This document shows, piece after piece, positions 1 to 14,504 of a stretch of DNA of 64,000 nt. Every line of letters starts with the position of its first letter. The first letter of the stretch is position 1. A program made the translations under genes and the position numbers. Source of the stretch: Ylistrum balloti (Eukaryota); contig NW_026782188.1 in the NCBI RefSeq assembly GCF_031769215.1, forward strand, positions 1,364,001 through 1,428,000, in the 5' to 3' direction. The notes under the pieces are model-generated. The model searched no databases, was not told the DNA's origin, and saw only the letters and a list, made by a program, of their open reading frames with translations.

Positions 1-294
1 CATTCCCAAATGAAGTTTATTTATGAGACAGCACGAAAAACTAAGTGTATTTTCCAAACATCCTTATGCATTGACACTTCGCAAAAAGTACTGACTTTGT
101 AAACAATCTTCAAACGATGAATGTTTATTTATACCCATAGCTCATTCTGCCATCATTCCGTAATTGTTCATGTCTGTACATTTAGTGGAATTATTAATGA
201 AAATACCATCGAAGTGAGTGTTCTACTTCAGTATTACTTAAAACATGCCTCTTATTCATATCATCTATTAACAACACACATGGATTAAACAGGA

Positions 295-895
295 CTGTGC
301 ATACACGTTAACTAGAATAGGACATATGCATACACGCTGACTAAAACAGGACATCTGCAAACACGCTGACTAAAACAGGACACCCGCATTCACACTAATT
401 AAAGAGGACTTCTACAAGCGTGGTGACTACAATCAGACCTCTGTATACGCGGTGACTAAAACAGGACACCTACATACATACTGACTAAAACAGGACATCT
501 GCCTACACACTGACTAAAACAGGACACCTGTATACACACTGACTAAAACAGGACACCTGCATACACACTGAATAAAACAGGACAGCTGTATACACACTGA
601 CTAAAACAGAACATCTGTATACACACTGACTAAAACAGGACACCTGCATACATACTGACTAAAACAGGACACCTGCATACACACTGACTTAAACAGGACA
701 CCTGTATACACATTGACTAAAACAGAACATCTACATTCACACTGACTAAAACAGGAGACCTGCATACACACTGACTATAACGGAACATCTGTATACACAC
801 TGACTAAAACAGGAGACCTGCATACACACTGACTAAAACAGGACACCTGCATACGCGGTGAGTAAATCAGGACACCAGCATACACGTGGACTACG
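295..895. repeat. 29-bp minisatellite A (GGACACCTGCATACACACTGACTAAAACA), ~20 copies
   Basis: Direct tandem periodicity visible in the sequence; more degenerate at the left end. Confidence 0.95.
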
Positions 896-1089
896 GCTGC
901 ATACCTACTTACTTTTGAACTAAATCTTGTGGACGCCTATTTTTATGAAAAGATTTAAGCTGTATACATACATACACGTGGTCAATTATTAATATTAAAC
1001 ACATGCAAACACTTGTTCTAAAACTTGACACTTGCACGGGACAAATCCATGCACATAGAACAAAACTAGACACCTCCATACACAAACAC

Positions 1090-2635
1090 ATAGACTATAG
1101 ATGGACAACTGTGTAATGTGGACTAGAGACACTTCCATACAAGTGGCCTAGAGATAGACGCTTCCATACAAGTGGGGTAGAGATGGACACTTGGACACCT
1201 CCATACATGTGGACTAGAGATAGACACATCCATACATGTGGACTAGAGATAGACACCTCCATACATGTGGACTAGCGATAGACACCTCCATACATGTGGA
1301 CTAGAGAGAGACACTTCCATACACATGGACTAGAGATGGACACCTCCATACATGTGGACTAGAGAGAGACACTTCCATACACATTAACTAGCGATAGACG
1401 CATCCATACATGTGGACTATAGATAGACACCTCCATACATGTGGACTAGAGATAGACACCTCCATACATGTGGACTATAGATAGACACCTCCATAAATGT
1501 GGACTAGAGATAGACTCCTCCATACACATGGACTAGAGATGGACACCTCCATACATGTGGACTAGAGAGAGACTCCTCCATAAATGTGGACTAGAGATGG
1601 AAACCTCCATACATGTGGACTAGAGATATACACCTCCATAAATGTGGACTAGAGATATACACCTCCATAAATGTGGACTAGAGATATACACCTCCATACA
1701 TGTGGACTAGAGATGGACACCTCCATACATGTGGACTAGAGATGGACACCTCCATACATGTGGACTAGAGATGGACTCCTCCATACATGTGGACTAGAGA
1801 TGGACACCTCCATACATGTGGACTAGAGATGGACACCTCCATACATGTGGACTAGAGATGGACACCTCCATACACGTGGACTAGAGATGGACACCTCCAT
1901 ACACGTGGACTAGAGATGGACACCTCCATACACATGGACTAGAGATGGACACCTCCATACATGTGGACTAGAGATGGACACCTCCATACATGTGGACTAG
2001 AGATGGACACCTCCATACATGTGGACTAGAGATGGACACCTCCATACATGTGGACTAGAGATGGACACCTCCATACACATGGACTAGAGATGGACACCTC
2101 CATACATGTGGACTAGAGATGGACACCTCCATACATGTGGACTAGAGATATACACCTCCATACATGTGGATGATGGACACCTCCATACACTGGACTAGAG
2201 ATGGACACCTCCATACATGTGGACTAGAGATGGACACCTCCATACATGTGGACTAGAGATGGACACCTCCATACACGTGGACTAGAGATGGACACCTCCA
2301 TACATGTGGACTAGAGATGGACACCTCCATACATGTGGACTAGAGATGGACACCTCCATACACGTGGGGTAGAGATGGACACCTCAATACATGTGGACTA
2401 GAGATAGACACCTCCATACATGTGGACTAGAGATGGACACCTCCATACATGTGGACTAGAGATGGACACCTCCATACATGTGGACTAGCGATAGACACCT
2501 CCATACATGTGGACTAAGATAGACACCTCCATACATGTGGACTAAGATAGACACCTCCATACATGTGGACTAAGATAGACATCTCCATACAAGTGGACTA
2601 GAGATGGACACCTCCATACATGTGGGGTAGCGATG
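1090..2635. repeat. 29-bp minisatellite B (GGACACCTCCATACATGTGGACTAGAGAT), ~50 copies
   Basis: Direct tandem periodicity; the unit aligns without gaps to minisatellite A (about 20/29 identical). Confidence 0.95.
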
Positions 2636-5600
2636 GATTATTGCATGCGTGTGGATTACAGCTGAACGCGTTGCAAGATTAACATATAGTCACGAAAAGC
2701 ATATACAATTTCTAAAAACCGTCTCCTAGATTTCAAAATTCAGACTGTTTAATTTATTTTTTAGCTCTACTGTATCCATTTCTAAATGGGATTGATGCTT
2801 TCCACTGCTGTGTTGTGCTGTGCCATGCATAAGCTTTACATTAGGAAAACATGTCATTTTTAAAATTCTCCTCAGTCGCCACTAGGTTTCAAAACTTAAG
2901 TCTTCAAGATATCGTAGAAGTTCAAATCAAACGTATGGTAAAGTATATGTCATTATTTCGCTCTATGGTATGTTATCTTAAATTGTGTCTTTTGTACAAT
3001 CTTCAGAATTCTGTCTGTTCTATAGAGTTAAAAAGGTTTCAGCTGGAAGAGTAATGTAATTCATTAAATGTGAGCAGTACCAAACAGATATTATTCCATG
3101 ACATTACGATGGCAAGTGAAAGAAGCATTGCATTTATTTTGGGATCCTTTCTCTACGGCTAAGACTTGAGTCCCAAATTTGACATGTTCTCGTTATTACA
3201 ACTTTTTTAAACTCAAGGAAAAGGTACACCATAGTGCACCATGAAAACATTTCACTTCAATATTTCGATAATTCAGTTCGGATCATCGCGAACATGAAAG
3301 AGCTTGATCCTTTATAAACATGAAGTCACAATGTCAGACTACTTCAAAGCTGTCGATCAATTCCAAGGTATTTTGTGATTTACTGAAGGGTGCGAGTGGT
3401 GTCATTGTCAAATACCTTTGACATTGCAACCTTCTGTGCATTTCCGTCGAAGTCCACACACGCATTAACTTATTTCAGAACAATAAACTAATGAAACTTT
3501 ATTTAATACATGTACATATCGATATTGTGACTGACGTAAGTGCTAACATACGTGTTCCGCTAAAGTGACGATTTAATTTCAGACCTTGTAACTGACTACG
3601 TGGTTGGTACAGTGGAATTTGAACTCGTGACCAGTACCACGTTGTAATGTTATTAACTGGTGTTAGACTCGTGTCCTGTGTTAATTACGAATCATGATTG
3701 CGAGATTACATGCACTACACATTGGTAAGTATACTGCGAGTCGCACGTGTGCCCACCTCTAGACCTACCTGACGCCAGGAATCTATCCACGCGCGTGTCA
3801 CGACTCTTACATCACAATACTAGTATTGATCACATTTCGTGCTCGACCGGCCACCTTGATACTAATGAGAGAACACTGAGCAATATACTGACAAGGTGTG
3901 CCAATGTAGGCTAACACACGGATACATGTTGATACAATACAAGGTGCGCCCATATAAATGTATTGTTCGTTATTTGAACTAGACGGAGAATTAAAAATTG
4001 CGTGCTAGAGGTTTGTGTTTATGTATTAAATTATACCTGCAGTGCACCAGCCGTCTCTATCGATAAATCAGCGATCACGAAAGCACTAGCTCTCACGACA
4101 AAGCTGACAAAGCTAACAAACGCGCCTGCTGCAGTCAGTACATTCAATTTGTAATACATCCGAAGAATATTCCATAGGATTGCTTCACCAAATGCCAGCC
4201 AGGCTTGCATGCATTAGAACCATACATATATGCGCTAATTCGTCGATATAATTGAAGTGTATACCCAACTGAAACATACTGTGAAGCCATTGTCTTTTGT
4301 GACCTCATATAATAATTTAATCAATACAAAATAATTGGTTTAAACCCTATTAAAAAGAGAGAAAGGTAAACATACCGGGAGCTATATATAAAGGATTTAT
4401 TACAGGCATGTTGTAATAAATAACAAACTTTCGCCTCAATTTATCGAACATTGAATGAAAGGAGTTCTTTGTTTTACAATCTTAATGAAAGAAACGTGTA
4501 CGGAAATCTAGGGTGTGAGGTCCGAAGGTTCAAGTTTTTTTTCACCCAAATGCTCAGATTTCCTTATCTATAAATATCGACAGGGAGACGGTGGGAGTAA
4601 ACTGTGACCTCATCACATGTATGTGTGGAGCGGAAGTGGTGTAATCTAACCGGAGAAACACGTAACAAGCCGCTACAGGTCACCCTTAAGAACTTGTTAT
4701 TTAGATAATGAGCAAAGACCGTTGGAACGAACCCAAGATCAGTTCAGGCATGAAGATCAAGATGGCAGCCACGAGATAGGCAGGGTATGACATCAGATTG
4801 TCTACCTATTTGTACAGGTGTGCTATATTTAGTAAACCTATGTACAGTTTTGTGAATTGTTTGTGACCACCCATGCCCCGCTTGGTCACTGAAGAGCGAT
4901 AATATTACCACGCGACACAGAGATAAACACAGAGATATGAAAACGTCTGTAGATAAAATAGTTGTTACAGTAATATTACTATACTGTGAAGGACTGATCT
5001 ATGATGTCACTTCAGCTGTTACTGATGGTAGGCCTCCAATAACGGACGTGTGGTACAGCTGATACAACAATGCAAACATTGAAAAGGTCGTCGTAACCTC
5101 CATTACACCAGTTTTACAGCTGATATGGTTATTTATAATGTTCTATTTAAGAATATTCACTAACGTGTATATAATACACATAGCCAACGTGATAAGCTAT
5201 CTGGATGGTATACAAGTGCAAAGATGACCTATATTATGGTACATAGTACTACCTTATGTAATGCTAATCACCTAAACACATGTATACCGTACTTATACCA
5301 CCATTTTACTGCCCTGCAATAATCTGCGAAGAAATAATTTCAAACCCTAAACAAGATTAGTCACGTAAAATATCGGTCAATTAGTGTTAGGGTTACACCG
5401 GACGGCGTGTCCCTACCTGCACGAGCGCGCGAGCATCGCTTTGATTATATCGGCGAAGTAATTATACATTATCAGTGTTTTGTAAATCTTTGCAGGAAAT
5501 TAATCGGCGGCACCCATCCTCGCCATTGCTACTCGACAGCTTGTCTGGTGATGTGATAGCCCCGATCGATTGGCCAATTAATAGCCCGATAGGAGATCGA

Positions 5601-6187
5601 CCGCAGATCTTTGCACACCACACATACCATGGCATTCCCAAAATAACTGTTGGAAGCGTTTAAATGTAGTCCACAGCAACTGTCACGTTTGCAGCGATAT
5701 GGCTTTACAATTGCATATAAAGAGAGAGCTTTTCCTAGGCCTCAGGGATACCCCGCCAAGTCAGAGGATTATCGTAAAAGCTACGCATTTCACCTCCTGA
5801 CCATCTATATCTTAAACCCCTTTAGTTGGCCAATGAAGTTTGACGTGTGTTATAACGTTCGCAAAATGTTTCGTAAATAATTTTACATAAAGTTGTGAGT
5901 CAGTCGGTTCGTCGGCGAATGCAATCGAACATTCTCAAGCAGACGACATCTTCCCTCCCAGTGTGTATCAGTCGCATTAAAGCATACCTGCCCAAAATAG
6001 ACTATTACGTCACGATTACACAACAGCAAAAAACGCTTGTTTAACGTTCTCTGCAAAATACAGATGTGTATTCAGTGTACGTGTTAAATTATATACGGGT
6101 GTTAAAAATCCTGGAATACGTAAGATAAACTCCAGACGCCTCCCGAACAGTTCCCGCACGAGTATGGTTGAGATGCCCTAGTTCCGG

Positions 6188-6195
6188 TGACGTCA
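6188..6195. promoter_or_regulatory. Perfect palindromic CRE (TGACGTCA)
   Basis: Exact motif match; function untested. Confidence 0.4.
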
Positions 6196-6587
6196 TTTCA
6201 CAGACAAGTCCTCAGGCACTGTCATTTTGTTGTCGCTTCACCTAGATTAAACGAAGCGTGTCGAGTATTTCATTGAGAAAATTGTAGTCGCGGAAAAGTT
6301 GGATGGAAATTTCTGTCATAACGGGTAAACATGTTGTACAATACACATTATAGACGAATTGAAAGTGCTCCGCGCCATATAATCAGAGCACCTGTTACAT
6401 TTATAAGCAGGATTATATATATATGTAGAGGTTCATTGAGAACTCATGGAACATTGCCAATATTGCTTGAAACTGAAAATCTGTGTATAGATAATCTATG
6501 CTTGTATGTGTGTAGTACTTCTGTACAATACAAGGGTTGAAGGTCGATAACGTGTTTTCAAACATTTATAGACAATATGTAGGGCTA

Positions 6588-6595
6588 TGACGTCA
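6588..6595. promoter_or_regulatory. Perfect palindromic CRE (TGACGTCA)
   Basis: Exact motif match, 400 bp from the previous one; function untested. Confidence 0.4.
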
Positions 6596-9500
6596 CGAGT
6601 CTGTTCTATAAACATCACAAGTTTACTCTGCCAGATTATTCCGTCTTCCAACTATGAATTTCTGCTAACTCTTGAAAAAAAGGATCCGAAGCCGACGAGG
6701 AAGAAAAATGTTATCTGCTATCACCTGCTATCAGGTTAAACAAATCAAATGATCTGCAAGGCGAGTTTAAAATCACCCGCAAGCACTTCCGAATTTTATC
6801 AAGATGACAGTGTCAACGTGAAGACGTTAAGTTACGTAGTCTTTGATATACAACAGAAGGATATAGCTACCTACCACTTTATGGTGCCACAACAACGTGT
6901 TTGAACCCTGACAAAACTTGGCGTATTCATATTCAGTAGTAATCCAGTATTTTGTCAAATAAAAAAATGAATAGTTCAGAACCGCTCTAATTTAAGTTTG
7001 CTGAGAGAGACAAAATATCATATATATTGCATATAATTTAACTCGTTGTCCTGCGCTTCTGATCTCTCCTAGCGTTCATGACAAGATGGTTCCATGAATA
7101 TCGTTTGTATGTACCCTAGATATTTTGCTACCATATCTATTAAAGGAAAATAACTTATTGTGGTCAGATTAAGACTCAATCTTCTGGTATAAGAAAACCT
7201 CGAAACAAGAACTTCAATGGTCAGACAAATGAAAACACCTCACTGATTTAGTTTCGCTTAGTATGTTGTATTCTCATAACAATAAACAGTTTTTTCCCAA
7301 TACAAACATTTTTGTAAACAAATTTAATATAAAATGACAATATATGACGACCACGCTTCGTGTTAAATCGTATACAATGAAAGTTAGTACTAGGTGTTAG
7401 CACTTAAGTTTGATGTCTGATGTACAATGTACGGGTTGGTATCGACCATGTGTATCAAGTCTGGCTTACACAGCCTCCGTATAGTTACGTATAATAGTAC
7501 ATCTATACAGAAAACGAGGCACCTACACTGATAGATTCTATTAGAACAGAATCAATGGGGGGAAAGTCTTATCGCCAGACACACGTTTTCCTGTAAATCT
7601 CATATATTCATGGACGATACCTACTCGTGCATCATACACTGACATGTTACAATGAAGATGGATATTCAATACACGATATACATACTTATATATATATATA
7701 TATATGCTTATGTAACAGCAGTCGTGTGGTCTGACAAAATATATCACAAACAGCCAACGACCATTTACAGAACCCCAGACTCACACATGTCCCTTATAAC
7801 TTACATCAATGATATTGTATAGACGATATTGCGTCTATAATCAATTACAATCACAAAATGGGAAGATGGACTTCATAGTCGAAATTAAATTATATCCACT
7901 CTGAAATTCAACTCATTCGTCTATATAAAACAACCAATATCGTACTTTACTAGGACAAGACCAAAATAAAGGGACATGTGCAAGTCTAAGACCATTTCAT
8001 AATGAGAACGCAACACTAGTATTTGTATTGACTAGGTTGAGCCAACACAAAGAACACAAAATAGCTTAACGAGTAAAACTAATAGACACAATGGGGTGTC
8101 CAGGCATGTTCTCCTCAACAAAATGTCATCTGTTAGTTCTATGCTTATCTCCAAACCACGATTATTATAAATCGTTTTTATGGAACTTTGCCAATCCCCG
8201 AAAAAAACTCTTAACTAGGCGAACTTGACCTCTGAACAAATGTATCCGTGTCGTTTCTTGAATGTGTATTACACTGAACATGTTCATAGACATGACCTAG
8301 TTGTACATTGATTTATCCTTAGAGTAAATATACCAAGTACATGTTGGTAGGATAACATTTTCACCCAAACCGCGTCACCATCATGTGGTATGTCTTCTAC
8401 TCTTAGTGCTGGCTTTCAGGGTTTTAAACAAACCTGTCTGGTTTCGGTTCTGAAAAGTATGCTTGATTTAATTTCGTGAACATTAACAAGTGTTAATATG
8501 ATCTTTTGAGTTGTAAACAATAACAAATGGTTAGAAGGAAAACGTGTTAATTCTAAATAAAGCAAGTATTTTCTTGATTAATACCTTTCGGGAAATAAAA
8601 CAAAGAACAATTTTAAATTCAAGAAAGAATCACGTTGGTAGATTACTTAAGGAAATGGAAGCTGGGCCACAAATGTTAGGTTTTTATCTAATTATCTGCA
8701 TTATTTAGGTGTAATTCCACAAACCAATAAACATGCTTATTACGCTTAAAAGGGAACAAGTTTTCTCCATACTCTAACTGTTGTACATCTGGGTTGTTAC
8801 ATATTATCAGATGTTTACATCTTGAAGTTTCCAAATCTTAGTAAAAAGAACTTTTATAACAAGCTTCTCCTTAATTATGAATCAATTAATTGATACAAAA
8901 CAAATTTTTCCCTTTTGTAATTCTAATTGTTCCAAATTTTCACAAAGGATATGGTTCAATTCGTCTTGCGTATAACCGGCACACATGACAATTTCAAAGC
9001 AATAAATTCTCACTGGTTTCCATTCATAAACAATCCTTACTCTTTAATCCGACAACTTATCCTTTAAACTATTCCATTCTTTGACTAAGGTGACGCAAAC
9101 GGATGTCTTCGCAGTAGATGTAAAGTTTCCAATGTTTCAGATAACTCTTAACATTTGGTACAAACAACGTAATGTTTCCACATGGATAGATAAAGCAGTA
9201 AAAATCTCCATCTGATATATCAACAGAAAAAAAATTAATCACATTTCAATTTCACACGATTCAAAACAATTAAAACAATTATTAGATCTAGACTCATGAC
9301 ACGTCACTAAACCAAAACGTGAACTTTGTATCAAATTTAAACAACTTGCAATGCAACTACCAATCGGGACTGCTACAAATCGCCAGTGTCAACTCGCTAA
9401 AAAAACACCAAAAGCATCGTGAAAAAATAACCATTCAGTAGGGTGATGTCGAGCTATTTCAAATATAGACCAAGTTTGAAGTCAATGAAAAAATACAGAA

Positions 9501-10343
9501 AAACCGATACTTCAACAAAATAATGGCACCATAAGGTCTTAATGATACCAATCAGCCAATATATCAAATTTCAATCTACTGTAAACAATTAATGGAACCT
9601 TTTACAAAACGTAAAAAGGTATGGATACAACCGGAGCGTCAACATCCCAGTTATGTGAACAACAATGAGACTGAACAGGACTGCGAAATACTACATTAAA
9701 TAACTAAATACCATAGTATATCTAACATATGGTAAAATCTACCTACAACATTGGAGAAAACCATTTTTTTCTTCAATATAAAAACGACAAAATGACATTT
9801 AAATGCAATCGTTTGATTTTTAAGACAAATGTCAAATACTTTTTAAAGCCAACACGGTCAAGATGAAATGTTTGTCGGAACATAAATAAATCCCTTTCAC
9901 GTCTATTGTTACTGTGGCACGCGTAAGAGCTATCCCGTGACACACTTGTCACTTTTCCGTTATTCAGACACTGTCAGGGGCCAGGACCTTAGTCGTAAAT
10001 AACCCACAGATAACACTTCTAGCCTAGGTCACAAATCACGATCAACATTTTCTCGAACGTGCCGCGCCTAAACTTTAATTCAAAATGGATAAAACATCAC
10101 ACAATATCTACGTAACAGCCCGACAGATCGCTCGGGGCAGAGTCCACACTTGTTGGTATCATGCTGCCTTGACATTCAGGCAAACGTACCTGCACAGTTT
10201 AATATTTCAGTACACTTTTTCCCACTCGCTATGGTATTCGAGTTGAAAAAAACTTTGATTGCTTCACATCCCTGCTCATCAATTTGACTCCATAAGGAAT
10301 TTAAAACGGAAAGTAAAACCGAATACTTTATTGGTAAAACCGC

Positions 10344-12215
10344 TCAGGTATCGCGCTCTTTCTTGATTTTCATGTCCTTATAGTCATCACCGAGAATTGT
10401 TGCTATTTCTCCTTGCATAAAAGCCCATGGCACGTTCGAACCAACTAGAGGACACTTTTTACCGCTTGGACAGTACACTTCCGCTCCTGCACCCTGTCGC
10501 TTGATGCTATCCCTGGAACAAGGGAAGCAGAATTTGTGATCCCCTATTGACGGACATTGCACAAAGTGGGTATCCTCTAGACGTTCGTGACAGATGGTAC
10601 ATTTGAGCGATTCGGAGGGCACTGTTGATTCGGGCATTGTTGAAGTGCCCTCTCCCGTTTGGCCCGAAGTAGGTCTCACTCCACGTAACGTCTGCTGTTG
10701 TGTACTTGTAGGGGAATGACTGTTGTGTCGCGAGGATCTGTTTCCATCGTTTCCACTACGAATCGGAGAACCGGAGCCGGAAGCTAAATTGTCAGTAACA
10801 TTCATTAATGCCGCCATTGGAGATGGTCCCGTATGGACGGGACCATTGGCGCCATCGGGCGGTGTAGGAGTATGGTTACTCAAAGGCGATACTGACGTAG
10901 AACTGGCCGACCCGTAGCCAGCGGAAGTGATTGTCAACTTAAGAGCTTCCGTTTGATTTTGTATCCATTGCTGACGTTTCCGTTGTTCCCCGAAATCGCT
11001 ATCTGGCTCTGGCGATGTTTTCCGTTTTTTTCCTTGACCCTCTACTGAATTTTGCCCCACTAGTCCCCGCGGGTGTACACCGGGTGTCGCTTGCCGGAAG
11101 CAAGTGGACGGTGAAGGCAAAGGCGGTATATTTTGATGAACGTATGGTGCTGGAAGTAAATCCTGTTTGACTGGTTCCTTGAAAAACCTTACAGTCTCTG
11201 ACAAAAGTTCACTGAGTATCTTCCAGTCCCCAAGTCCATGTTTCATTTCATATTCTAGATATTTGTACCCGGACGAAAGACCTTTGCCAACATCTTTACC
11301 ACTGTCATGATGCATTTGTTTAGCCACACTTGACGCACTGTTGTAAATGTTCCCTGAGCCCAGCGGATATTCCATGAACACCTTCAGTTCAAAGTCAATC
11401 CCGTTCTTTGACACGGCATCGAATGCAAATACGCGTCCAAAAACATTATGATCTTTCTTGAACCTTATCTCAAATGGTACCGATGATGACAACATTGACA
11501 CAGTTTCTCGTACAATTTGTGGTCTTTTGGCCATTTCCTCTGGAGAACTGAACTTAAATGGATTTTCCTCGTTATGATGTGAGTTATGTGAATCAGCGTC
11601 GTCTCCGTCGTGTTTACCATTGTGTAAGATGTTTGGTGGAACGGGACCACCAATATTTGGTCCGGGACCTGAACCGTACCCATGTCGCCCCGGGGGTAGG
11701 ATTCCGATACCAGCCGTGCTGTGAATCAGGGGATGATGCATTGGGAATACAGTTCGTGATGTAACAGGGATAGCTGGGGTCCTATGATGGTCAGGACCAG
11801 AGTCCTCACCTCTCCCATGAACCCCGTTAGGCCCTGAGGGTGGAATACCATTTGTAAGTCTCTGAGGAGATGCACTGTAATCACCAATAATGTTTCTATT
11901 TCTATTTTCATACCTTTCGATTTGGCCCGGAAGTGGTCTCGGAGGTTCCATAGGTCCATGTTCTGATGAATTTCTGTTGGATGATAAATTCCCATGAGGC
12001 TGATGTGTCTTTAATGATGGTCTCGATTCATGAAATCCATGTGATCTTTTCATTTGTCGTGCAGCATCAAGGACCATTTCAATACGATCTGCTCCTTCAT
12101 AATTGACGCAACCACGGCACACAGGTTCAGTAAAATCATGGACCATCGCCCAGGGCATTCTAGGCAAGTCACATAGGTAACACTGTTGTCGGGGCGCCCT
12201 GTGCGGCATTGACAT
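10344..12215 (-). CDS. IRF2BPL: Interferon regulatory factor 2-binding protein (IRF2BPL/EAP1-like), single-exon CDS, 623 aa
   Basis: N-terminal C4 zinc finger [16 protein letters not shown]...[14 protein letters not shown]; IRF2BPL-type central domain FKKDH...[11 protein letters not shown]...FMEYPLGSG...[14 protein letters not shown]; [13 protein letters not shown]; C-terminal C3HC4 [38 protein letters not shown]...[27 protein letters not shown]. The track ORF starts at a TTG (12260); the first ATG is at 12215. Invertebrates typically have one co-orthologue of IRF2BP1/2/L. Confidence 0.97.
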   Translation of the reverse strand: MSMPHRAPRQQCYLCDLPRMPWAMVHDFTEPVCRGCVNYEGADRIEMVLDAARQMKRSHGFHESRPSLKTHQPHGNLSSNRNSSEHGPMEPPRPLPGQIERYENRNRNIIGDYSASPQRLTNGIPPSGPNGVHGRGEDSGPDHHRTPAIPVTSRTVFPMHHPLIHSTAGIGILPPGRHGYGSGPGPNIGGPVPPNILHNGKHDGDDADSHNSHHNEENPFKFSSPEEMAKRPQIVRETVSMLSSSVPFEIRFKKDHNVFGRVFAFDAVSKNGIDFELKVFMEYPLGSGNIYNSASSVAKQMHHDSGKDVGKGLSSGYKYLEYEMKHGLGDWKILSELLSETVRFFKEPVKQDLLPAPYVHQNIPPLPSPSTCFRQATPGVHPRGLVGQNSVEGQGKKRKTSPEPDSDFGEQRKRQQWIQNQTEALKLTITSAGYGSASSTSVSPLSNHTPTPPDGANGPVHTGPSPMAALMNVTDNLASGSGSPIRSGNDGNRSSRHNSHSPTSTQQQTLRGVRPTSGQTGEGTSTMPESTVPSESLKCTICHERLEDTHFVQCPSIGDHKFCFPCSRDSIKRQGAGAEVYCPSGKKCPLVGSNVPWAFMQGEIATILGDDYKDMKIKKERDT

Positions 12216-12376
12216 GGTGCCGAACGTACGCCTCTCACAGTCAGCCGCACATATAACCAAACTTCACGTTAGACGTGTAGTAGAAGCACAAATATTCCCG
12301 ATACGCCTTGAATTGATTCATAACCGAGTCACACTACCGCCATCCACTTGAAAATATACGATATGTAAGGGCTGTC

Positions 12377-12387
12377 TGCGCATGCGT
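12377..12387. promoter_or_regulatory. NRF1/EWG-type site (TGCGCATGCGT) in the probable IRF2BP proximal promoter
   Basis: Motif match ~165 bp upstream of the ATG on the minus-strand gene. Confidence 0.5.
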
Positions 12388-13348
12388 TTGTATTTGTAAA
12401 CTCGATCGACCTCCGTGTGTGTTGTGTACGTGTGTGTGTGTTGATATTCACGTTTGCACAGAGCTCAAAGCAATCACGCAACCGACCCAGCTGAATTACA
12501 GCGCTATTCGATATCTCAATCACCAGGGGATACCAATGTTAACCTGCATAGTAATACCGGCGGAAAATCCTTGCAAGCGTCTATACACACACGCAAGGGT
12601 GAATTGTCTATACAATATGTGTGCTTATGTCGCAAACAAGAATAGGTGATATACGTCATAGATAAAGCCAGGACAACAGGCCACGGCTGTCCCTGGATAC
12701 CGCTCTCTATTCACCAACTCGTCAATGGGTTTGACATACTCGACCGCCGCTGTTGTTAGGCACTGGCAGTTATATTGGTATGTGATTTGACCGACTAGAG
12801 AGATTCGTTTTTTAGCTTAAACAATAAAGGCTTATTTTGTTCAGACTTACTATCCCTTTTACCGAGCATTGTTTGAAATGTTTTTTTTTTCAATTTACAT
12901 TAATTTTCTCCATTGATTCTGTTATTGCAAATAAGCAGAATGATACATCGTATTACACAAACACACGAAATGTATGCAATCACATGAAATGTTAAGAAAA
13001 AGCTTTGTTGATGTTATGACAGTCTCGCGTGCTACGTTGAACTTTATTTTCCACATTCTGATTAAAGAGTATTAATTTACTTGCTTTCGTGCCTTGAATA
13101 CTTCGTGACACATTAGGCCTCGTACAGATTTTGAACGAAGTGAATGATGAACTCCGCCAAACACATCGATAGTACTAGATTAAAGGCAGGATCTTGGGTT
13201 TGCAGGCAAACACGACACAAAAACGTTTATTTGTCTGGGTTTCTCAGAGGGAGAGGAAATCGATGGAAAATCTATCAGACTTCATGTGGCTTGTGCGTGT
13301 CTGCCCTCGTTTTCCCGGCCATGGAAACAAATAGCCTGACAGCGTTAA

Positions 13349-13356
13349 TGACGTCA
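13349..13356. promoter_or_regulatory. Perfect palindromic CRE (TGACGTCA)
   Basis: Exact motif, 1.1 kb upstream of the IRF2BP ATG. Confidence 0.45.
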
Positions 13357-14496
13357 CGCAAGCAGCGTAACTTTGGAAGCCTGCCAATATTTTTTTCTGA
13401 CAAATCATCAGGTCTCTATGTACATGGGTGCTTTATCAGACTGTTTCCCGATTCTGTCATGCATAGCAGATGTAGCGTCTGCCTCCGCATGTTTGCCCTG
13501 ACCCATTTGCTCCAGATGACGCCAACATCAAGTCAATATTCGCCAGGACATTTCAATGCAAAACGTGAACATGGTCCGTTGTCGTTTGCAATGAAAATCA
13601 ATGCTATATATTTTCAAGTAACAAAAGTGAATGAAAAAGAAATTTATAGCACCTTGGTTCCTAATCTATAAAGTACAAACTCCATTGTCAACTAAGTAAA
13701 TCCTTATGTCTAGAATAGTGTGCAGTAACACAGATGTGTATATCATTTGTCTCAATGTTAGTGTACATGGACTGCAGTTCCATGTTTTAGTTTTGACGTT
13801 GTCACTGTGTATTTAAGAAGATAAATTACATTTTTTCTTCAGTTTCCCCTTTCTTTTCATTTTGACATTTAGAAAAAAAAGGTATCACGTATCTTGTTGA
13901 ATATCGTTTCATTTTGGAAATACCTATCATTAAGTTAGCTTAAATAATCGAAAGACTTCAAATGTCATGAAATGCTATTTCTACCGTATACAAGTAGTGT
14001 AATAGGACAGGTTATTCCAACACAAATAACTTCAGAAATCCACATTCCTCCACAAAACATACACATGAATTAATAACTAAAAAAGCTATCATATCTCTTT
14101 TCACTTTTCATATACTTTCCCTTTAACAATATTACTGACGTGGATTCTGTGCAATCGTGCATTTAAAACAGCACCTTAAAAATTGGCTAGGGGTTATTTA
14201 CATTTATGTAAGAATTTTGATCTCATTGTCCGCAATACGATTGCTATATGTTGAAGTCTATTTTGATGTAAGCTATCCTTTTTTAGTCGCTGTCGAGCCG
14301 GGCGGAGGCGATATCCTTTGTTTACTTTTGGTGATGGTGTAAAACTCGTGAAGTGATAAAGAGGATAATAATAGATCGGCCAGATGTTGAGAGGTAGAGT
14401 GAATATAACCAGCTTATCTAGGCAAAGTGTATAGTATTATCAGCAGTTTATTTCCGTATCCTAGCCGAGTAACTAGGTACGTGCATCATCACGCCA

Positions 14497-14504
14497 TGAC
14501 GTCA
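14497..14504. promoter_or_regulatory. Perfect palindromic CRE (TGACGTCA)
   Basis: Exact motif; near ETS-like CCGGAAAT (14848) and E-box CACGTGAC (14861). Confidence 0.4.

Noticed and set aside
913-959. Minus-strand segment with a perfect GTAAGT donor between the two 29-bp arrays, as a candidate next TALPID3 exon
   Set aside because: Joined in phase 2 to exon 29076-28986 it hits a stop; the alternative acceptor near 1019 gives an intron-like Cys/hydrophobic peptide with no TALPID3 similarity. It could still be an exon in another phase, but I cannot support that.
3596-3652. Hairpin with a reverse B-box (GAGTTCAAATTCC), resembling a tRNA
   Set aside because: Only a T-arm-like piece; no A-box or cloverleaf.
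10723-12250. Short alternative-frame and antisense ORFs within IRF2BP
   Set aside because: Shadows of the GC-richer main CDS.
13144-13671. 175-aa ORF upstream of IRF2BP
   Set aside because: No recognisable domain or splice context; it overlies regulatory motifs and is likely a chance ORF in a less AT-rich stretch.
14311-14319. U12-type donor ATATCCTTT
   Set aside because: About two chance matches are expected in a window this size; no associated exon or U12 branch site was identified.
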